NCBI GenBank assembly: GCA_964615635.1
Contig: CAZTQK010000002.1
Location: forward strand, 1-56,675
DNA from: an uncultured Planctomycetales bacterium
GTDB lineage: Bacteria > Planctomycetota > Phycisphaerae > UBA1845 > PWPN01
Direction: 5' to 3'
DNA: 56,675 nt
Position numbers and translations under genes: made by a program. Below the pieces are notes generated by a model. It did no database searches, was not told the origin of the DNA, and saw only the letters and a list, made by a program, of their open reading frames with translations. Below are positions 50,834 through 56,675 of this stretch, piece by piece (within the stretch, counting starts at the first letter, position 1; the number at the start of each line of letters is the position of its first letter).

Positions 50834-51578
50834 TCCTTCGAGATACCCCTGTCTCAATCGAAGCCGCGCGCCATGCGCGACCTTTACCCAGTTCACCACC
50901 CTGAGCAAACAGAACACTCAGCCTGCCATCTCTCAAAAAGGGATGGTGAGCGCCGCCTCTAGCTCTCCTCAAGCTACCCACCGCGGCGGCTACTCCCTCC
51001 TCGTAGGCGGGGGTGGGCTGGATTTCGATCGACGCGCATTATAACTTGCTGTGCCGCCGAAACCAAGAGAAAAATCGTCGAAATCAACTTTTTACCCGTT
51101 ACCACCCCGGCGGGCTATCTATATATTTTGTACGAAGTTAGAGTTAGATTGTTGCACCCTAATCTGGCTTTCTTTCAGATTCTGATCTACTGAGATCGGC
51201 CAGCAAATGACGGCCATGCGTCAGGGAGTGAATATGGAATAATTATCGGTCTTGGGAAAGATTCGCTCTGGTCATTCTTCCGCGCCCCGACAATGCAACG
51301 GTGCTCACCAGTCGGACTGGCGCTGCAAGCTGGCTGAGGGGTCTGGCTGTGAACCGGAGCTGGCGGTAGGTCCTTCTGGTCAGGTGGCTTCGTTTCGGGC
51401 GCACGTGTTGCCCGCGGAGGGGGTGTATACCTTCGGGCTCAGCGCGCAAGGGCCTGTGAGAACACAACCGTTGGACCACTGTGGACACCTGCGGCACAAA
51501 CGACGGCCTCACTCTTCGAATCGACGCCAGGGGGGGCTCTACTCGCCAGAAACTGACCACGCATGATCGGGTAGACGT

Positions 51579-52577
51579 TCAGGCGTCTAGTTCTTTGAGC
51601 ACCCTGTTCATGTGGGCCAGCGAGCGGATAGCCTCGTCCTCGGTGCCGCACTCGACCGATAGAACGCCCTTGAAACCGGCTTTCTTGAGCCGCCCGACCA
51701 ATCGCTTCCAGTCGATCACACCATCGCCGCAGGCGCAACCTACGGCCGTCCCGGTGACCTTGCCGCGCTCCGCGTCGGCCTGCTTGACCGAGATGTCCTT
51801 GGCGTGGACATGCACGACCTTGTCGATCACCGCTTCGAGCATCTCATATGGGTCCTCGCCCGAGATGAACGTGTTGCCGCAGTCGAAGTTGCAGCGGATC
51901 CACGGTGAATCGACCAGTTCGAGCAGGCGGGTCATGTGTTTGATTTTGGAGGTATAGGGCCCATGCTGCTCGACGCCGAGGTAGACGCCGTTCTCCTCGC
52001 AGGTTTCCGAGATCGCCCGCAGGTTGATCCGCATGATCTCGTAAGCGGTTTTCTCGTCGACCCACTTGGCGGGATACATGTTCTCGGTGATCTGAACGAC
52101 GTTGGTGCCTACCTCGCGGGCGTAGCGGATGCCGCGCCGAGCATAAGCCACGCCGAACTCGGGGTCGAGCAGATCCGCGTGGGATGAGAGGGCGCTGATC
52201 TTCACTCCGGCCTGAGCGCACAGGTCGCGGATCTTGCTCGGATCAGTGTCGAAGCTGGTGACGTGGCAGTACTTGCCGATTGAGATCAGGCACTGGCCCA
52301 TCAGGAAGCACGGCTCGACGTACTTGTAGCCCATTTTGCCGGCGGTCTTGACGCCGTACTCAAGGCTCTTGTCGGCGTGCCGGACGTATTCCAGATTGAT
52401 GCCGACAGCCATGCCCTTGGGGGCCTCGTCGGTCTTCTCGGCCTTGGCATCGGCCGCCTTGGCCTTGCCGGCCACGCTGGCGATGGTGCCCGCGGCAGCG
52501 ACCGAGCTGACCAGGAAATCCCGACGTGCGATGGGTGTTGATGACGACTTACTCGACTTGGCGTTCTTTGATGACAT
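51579..52577 (-). CDS. sugar phosphate isomerase/epimerase (xylose-isomerase-like TIM barrel) with Tat signal
   Basis: Start at MSSKNAKSS (GGAGGA SD). Tat motif ARRDFLVSSVAAAGT. TIM-barrel family pattern: GYKYVE, VQITEN, YLGVEQHGP, HVHAKD. Confidence 0.8.
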   Translation of the reverse strand: MSSKNAKSSKSSSTPIARRDFLVSSVAAAGTIASVAGKAKAADAKAEKTDEAPKGMAVGINLEYVRHADKSLEYGVKTAGKMGYKYVEPCFLMGQCLISIGKYCHVTSFDTDPSKIRDLCAQAGVKISALSSHADLLDPEFGVAYARRGIRYAREVGTNVVQITENMYPAKWVDEKTAYEIMRINLRAISETCEENGVYLGVEQHGPYTSKIKHMTRLLELVDSPWIRCNFDCGNTFISGEDPYEMLEAVIDKVVHVHAKDISVKQADAERGKVTGTAVGCACGDGVIDWKRLVGRLKKAGFKGVLSVECGTEDEAIRSLAHMNRVLKELDA

Positions 52578-52828
52578 GTGATCCTCCGTGGCCTCGATGT
52601 CTTGAACGAGAAGACCGGCCTCGGCAGACCGCCCGTGGGCCTGCAGACCGCACAAGGCGACCGGCCGTGATCGGCCTTAGTGAAACGCTTTAGATCGAAA
52701 TCATACTGGATTGCCGGAGGCTTGGGTAGCCCAGTCCGGACCCTATGACACAGAGCTTGTCAGGACGGAATGATTGCCGAACAGGGCAGACGGGACGTCC
52801 TGCTTCTTTGTGTCGCCGTCGTCCTGGC

Positions 52829-53965
52829 TCAGACGTCCGCCAGTCCGGCCGACGGCCCGCGACCATGGCGATACGTCAGGCCGGCACAGATGCCCACCAC
52901 GAGCCCGCCCGCGTGGGCGAGATACGCGACGCCTCCGAAGCCTTGCAGCTGGAAGTAGCTACCCACGATCTGCATGAGCATATAGAGCACCAGTGCCCAC
53001 ACGGCGCGGACCCGGAACCACTGGAAGTAGAGGAAATACCGGAACAGAAACGCCAACCGGACGTTGGGAAACAGGATAGCGTACAGGGCGATCACGCCGC
53101 TGATTCCCGCGCTCGCGCCGACGCAAGGTGTCTCGGGATGCGGCGTGAAGACTGCCTGAGTGATAAGGCCGGCGACGTGAGCCGCCAGCAGGACCAGCAG
53201 GTAGACACTGTGCCCGAGCCGGTCTTCGACGTTGTCACCGAAGACAAAGAGAAAGTACATGTTGCCGAGCAGATGAAGGATGCCGCCATGCAGGAAGAAT
53301 GACGTCAGCCATGTGAGGCATGCAAGGCGCTCCCACTGAGCCGGAATAAAACCCCATTTCCAGATGACCGAATCGAAGCCGGTTGAAGGGCCGGACCATA
53401 TCGAGCTCGTCGCCAGGATGCAGACGGCAATCAAGCCCCAGGTCAACCAAGGCCGGCGCCTGACCACCGGTGCGTCCAGTTCGACGGGCAGGCCCAGAAG
53501 ACCCGGCAACCATTGCCACGCTTCGTCAGGTGATGCCAGAGGATCGGCATCCTCTTGCCGTCTGGCCATCTCTTGGACCTTCAGAATGGCGAGCTTCTCG
53601 CGCACCTCAGGAGACATGTGCTCCTCGATCGGCGGCGGCGGCGGCTGATGGTGAACCGACTGGTATTCCGAGGGGTCAAACCAGATGGCCGGACAGACCG
53701 GGCACACGTCGAGCATGAGGCGGCTTCGTGCAACCGCCGTTTCAACTTGGGTCATCGACCCGCCGCAAAGCGGGCACGTTCGCAGCGATGGCGCGGCCTC
53801 CTCTCGGCTCTTCCGCCACACGTCGGTCAGGAACGCCGGTTGAACCCTGGCCTTTCGCAGAACCGGCAGCGTGACAGCACGCCCGTGGCACTGCGAGCAG
53901 ACCCATATCAGGCCGTGAGCGGTTCTTTGCCGGCCCAGTCGCGATCCACAAGACGGGCATTCCAT
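52829..53965 (-). CDS. rhomboid-family intramembrane serine protease with two N-terminal zinc-ribbon modules
   Basis: CPSCGS...CSQCHG and CPLCGG...CPVCPAIWFDPSEY (TFIIB-like zinc ribbons). Rhomboid motifs HGGILHLLGNMYFLFVFG, GASAGISGV (catalytic Ser) and AHAGGLVVG (His). Confidence 0.85.
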   Translation of the reverse strand: MECPSCGSRLGRQRTAHGLIWVCSQCHGRAVTLPVLRKARVQPAFLTDVWRKSREEAAPSLRTCPLCGGSMTQVETAVARSRLMLDVCPVCPAIWFDPSEYQSVHHQPPPPPIEEHMSPEVREKLAILKVQEMARRQEDADPLASPDEAWQWLPGLLGLPVELDAPVVRRRPWLTWGLIAVCILATSSIWSGPSTGFDSVIWKWGFIPAQWERLACLTWLTSFFLHGGILHLLGNMYFLFVFGDNVEDRLGHSVYLLVLLAAHVAGLITQAVFTPHPETPCVGASAGISGVIALYAILFPNVRLAFLFRYFLYFQWFRVRAVWALVLYMLMQIVGSYFQLQGFGGVAYLAHAGGLVVGICAGLTYRHGRGPSAGLADV

Positions 53966-54194
53966 GTGGCCCGATCACCCCTTTCCATTGCGGATGGTAC
54001 TCGTCCGGTCGTGGCGGTTCAATGCACTTGGCGAAGCCGTCAGGATACAGCAAGCTCTTCCAGCGCCAGGGCGTATGCAAAGGGACTCTCCCAGAACGCC
54101 GGTGCCGGAGCAGAAGGACCGCCAGGGTGATGTTCATCTCCGGCGCGGGAACCGCACATCGAGATACGGGACGACAAGTCGGGTCGTTCGGGGA

Positions 54195-55472
54195 TCATTT
54201 GCCTCGGCAAGACCGGATCACCTGTTGCCCATATACGCGCTGCCCATAGACGACTGTCTCTTTGGATAACTCGCTGATCTTCAGCTTGCGCTCCGCCAGC
54301 TTCAGCCCGGTCTGGTAGGTGTCGTTCAACGGCTTCGTCCATTGTTCGGGAATGGCTTTGTGGCCGTGCATCGCTCCCAGGATCGCTCCAACCGTTCCTG
54401 CGTTGCAGTCGTTGTCGTAACCGATCATGGCGGCCAAGCAGATGCTCTTGGAGAAATCGCCCTGGCCGTACAACAGGGCCATCACGCACGCGGCTCCGTT
54501 GACATCGGCATAGACCCATCGCCAGTTGCCCCACAAGTAGGGGGTCTTGCCCGTGTTGTACTGCTCGTCGGCGAATTTGTCGCCGCGAGTGCCGTCCGGG
54601 TCGAAGCCGTACTTCTTGTCAAGTTGCTCCCAAGCACCTTGCCAATCCTTGTATTGGCGATGCCAGACGATCACGTCGCGGATGGCCTCGGCATATCGGC
54701 AATCAGCAGGGATCACCGCCAGTCCCCGGCGCACGACGGTGTTCACGTCCTTCTCGACCATGGCGGCACTGACGGCGGCGGCGATGAACTGGGCGGCGTA
54801 GATGCCGTTGTCGGCGTGAGAGATGGACGCGTCCATGGCCGCATAGTCGGCGGCCAGGCGCGGCAGGCCGGGGGCCATCATTCCCCAGATGTCCACCCTC
54901 ATCTGCGCGCCGATCCATTCGGCATAGGGATTGCCGGTGGTCGCCGACGCCGGCGGCCAGATGCCTCGCTTGAAGTTCTCGAGGGCAACCAGTTCGGCCG
55001 TGCAGGCCCCCGGCACGTACTTGAGCCAGCATTCGGCGAGGTCGCGCGCAGTCAGATGGATCCCTCGCTCGCGGACCGCCAGAAAAGCGGCCAGCATCAG
55101 GTCCGAATCGTCGTTCGGCGGTGAACTGTCGAAGCTGCCCACGAGAAAACCCTTGTGCGGGGTATCGAAGTTGGCAGGCATGTAGGCGGTAATGGGGTAG
55201 CAGCCGGCCTCCCGGGCCTTCTTCTCGATCTGTTCTCTGCCCCAGCCCTCAGTGGGCTGGCCGAGGATGAGCCCGATCAATTTCCCCGACCAGGAACCGT
55301 AGACCTTGTCGAAGTAGGTTCCCTCGTCGTCCGTGAGCCGACAAGCCTGGCGTAGTTCCCGATTGCCGAACCGCCTATCTTCTTGCTCACCCGTCGTCAG
55401 AGCACAGCCACCGGCCAGGATCAGGACCCCAACCAGGGCCGCGAAAGAGATAGGAAGTGAATCTTTCACCAT
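54195..55472 (-). CDS. ADP-ribosylglycohydrolase-family protein, predicted lipoprotein
   Basis: Lipobox VLILAGGC. Family motifs DDSDLMLA, SHADNGIYAAQFIAA, GYDNDCNAGTVGAILGAMHG. Confidence 0.8.
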   Translation of the reverse strand: MVKDSLPISFAALVGVLILAGGCALTTGEQEDRRFGNRELRQACRLTDDEGTYFDKVYGSWSGKLIGLILGQPTEGWGREQIEKKAREAGCYPITAYMPANFDTPHKGFLVGSFDSSPPNDDSDLMLAAFLAVRERGIHLTARDLAECWLKYVPGACTAELVALENFKRGIWPPASATTGNPYAEWIGAQMRVDIWGMMAPGLPRLAADYAAMDASISHADNGIYAAQFIAAAVSAAMVEKDVNTVVRRGLAVIPADCRYAEAIRDVIVWHRQYKDWQGAWEQLDKKYGFDPDGTRGDKFADEQYNTGKTPYLWGNWRWVYADVNGAACVMALLYGQGDFSKSICLAAMIGYDNDCNAGTVGAILGAMHGHKAIPEQWTKPLNDTYQTGLKLAERKLKISELSKETVVYGQRVYGQQVIRSCRGK

Positions 55473-55568
55473 GTGCCCCGTTCTTGCGGTTGGAAAACAA
55501 GAAGGGGGCAGTCTGCTTGTTCGAAGGAAAAGTAGAATGTCCCCTTTTTTCCAGGACGTCCGCTTCCG

Positions 55569-56414
55569 TCAAGTTCCTTCCCAGCCGGAGATGCGGGCCA
55601 TCAGCCACCAGAAGGCGCGGCCCTTCTGGTAGCAGTTGAAGCACTCGGAGTGCTGACACTCGGTGCAGGTCGGACAGGTGTGTGTGGCGCACCAGTTGAC
55701 ACACCATTCACACGCATCAGAGCCGTCCGGGTAGTAGGTTCCGTCAGGGTCGTAGCTCTCGATGTCGGCGAAATCGAACAGGATCTTGCCGTTGGTCTGG
55801 CAGTAGTTGCGGATCTGATTGTTACGCACGTAGAGGTTCTCGCTCGGGCCGGTGCCGTCCAGGTGGCCCGTCATGTAGATGAAGGTGACGTCGGCATAGT
55901 CCGTTTCGAGCTGGTTCATGGCGTCGAGGTAGGCGTCGATTCCCGCCTCCGTGTTCTCACTCACCCCGCCGCACCAGGACCACATCACCACGTTGATGTT
56001 GTTGCCCGGCTCATCGAGTACGCCGCGAGTGATATCCACCCAGTCGAGGTTGCCCTCTTGACCGAGGTCTACGTCGCCCCGCTCCTCCAGAGCCAGCGAG
56101 CCCGCCCCAGCGTTGAAGGCGTACTGACTGTCCTCGGCGTAGAGCATGTCCATGCCGGTGACGATCTGGCTGCCGTGCGAGGTATGACCGTACCAGATCT
56201 GGTAGCCTGACTGGACGGCCTGAATCGTCGCCACGGGGATGTCATCGAAAGCCGCCGCAGCAGAGTGGTCGGCGGTGATGGCGTTCTCGTCGGGAATCAC
56301 GGGGCCGTTGCCACCGTTATCGTCGTCGGTGTCGCCGTCGCCCGTGGACTGCGGAATGCAGTTCTGCCCCATGCACAATGCAACAACAAGCAGGAAGAGC
56401 ATCAGGTAGCGCAT
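55569..56414 (-). CDS. secreted hypothetical protein with acidic linker and Cys-rich C-terminus
   Basis: Signal peptide MRYLMLFLLVVALCMG, then a DGDTDDDNGGNG linker. Contains WYGHTSHGSQ, VMWSWCGG and YMTGHLDG, and a C-terminal CEWCVNWCATHTCPTCTECQHSECFNC. Confidence 0.7.
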   Translation of the reverse strand: MRYLMLFLLVVALCMGQNCIPQSTGDGDTDDDNGGNGPVIPDENAITADHSAAAAFDDIPVATIQAVQSGYQIWYGHTSHGSQIVTGMDMLYAEDSQYAFNAGAGSLALEERGDVDLGQEGNLDWVDITRGVLDEPGNNINVVMWSWCGGVSENTEAGIDAYLDAMNQLETDYADVTFIYMTGHLDGTGPSENLYVRNNQIRNYCQTNGKILFDFADIESYDPDGTYYPDGSDACEWCVNWCATHTCPTCTECQHSECFNCYQKGRAFWWLMARISGWEGT

Positions 56415-56588
56415 GACAGACTCCTTTCATCAATGGGCGGGCTGAGTTGCGGTCCAGGACGGGCGTGTCATCGGCAACGTTCGAGGGCAGTATCCCAGGT
56501 ATCCTGGGCCGGTCGCCGCCGTGTTTCTCTCAAAGCTACACTGTTTGCTGGTCGCACGCAAGCGAGGCGATGGAGGCCGGAGTTCCTG

Positions 56589-56675
56589 GAGTCCGTGACA
56601 GTTCAGGCGGCTCTTTCAGAACCCCGAGCGTGAGCGAGGGGCCCTTGACCGACCCTTCCAGGTCGGTCAAGGACA
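56589..56675. repeat. MITE-like repeat, family 1, copy E (truncated by the window end)
   Basis: GAGTCCGTGACAGTTCAGGCGGCTCTTTCAGAACCCCGAGCGTGAGCGAGGGGCCCTTGACCGACC... has the same left end and core as the other copies. Confidence 0.75.

Noticed and set aside
51038-51145. loxP-like fragments (ATAACTT at ~51041 and TACGAAGTTA at ~51131)
   Set aside because: They match only 7- and 10-nt pieces of the 34-bp loxP site, lie ~85 nt apart, and lack the 13-8-13 architecture. This is most likely chance in an AT-rich stretch.
51250-51578. Possible tmRNA, RNase P RNA, SRP RNA or tRNA in the non-coding stretch (TTCGAATCGACGCC and GGTCAGGTGG-like strings)
   Set aside because: None of the signatures is present: no GGGG...CCACCA ends or tag ORF for tmRNA, no GGAAAGTCC for RNase P, no GGAAGGAAGCAGCC for SRP, and no cloverleaf around the TTCGAA. 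It is reported only as unassigned.

Overview
This is a GC-rich (roughly 60-65%) bacterial chromosomal window. The gene content suggests a Planctomycetota/PVC-like organism: two PEP-CTERM proteins, dockerin/EF-hand-like C-terminal tags, Tat-signal Gfo/Idh/MocA and TIM-barrel enzymes, GH127 and an OprB-type porin. This taxonomic call is an inference. Housekeeping genes are murI (partial), alaS, rlmN, leuS, ybaK and a CYTH protein. A complete phosphate regulon block, phoB-phoR-pstSCAB-phoU, lies on the minus strand. There is also a porin/MFS/SSF/glycosidase-like sugar-uptake neighbourhood and many secreted proteins. The most interesting item is a tightly coupled four-gene cassette at 17662-20372: a small peptide ORF ending in Ser, a PqqD-like RiPP recognition element, an HPr-kinase-like P-loop protein and a PF14907-like nucleotidyltransferase. 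It resembles the tailoring half of kinase-type lasso-peptide clusters but has no cyclase, leader protease or exporter nearby. Other notable items: (1) a 1292-aa ExeA-like protein with degenerate Walker motifs and 15 in-register 46-residue repeats; (2) an in-frame TGA inside an otherwise intact leuS; (3) three families of MITE-like palindromic repeats, one chimeric copy and one copy inside the pstS-pstC spacer; (4) a shared Pho-box-like motif upstream of pstS and phoB. No tRNA, rRNA or CRISPR was found.
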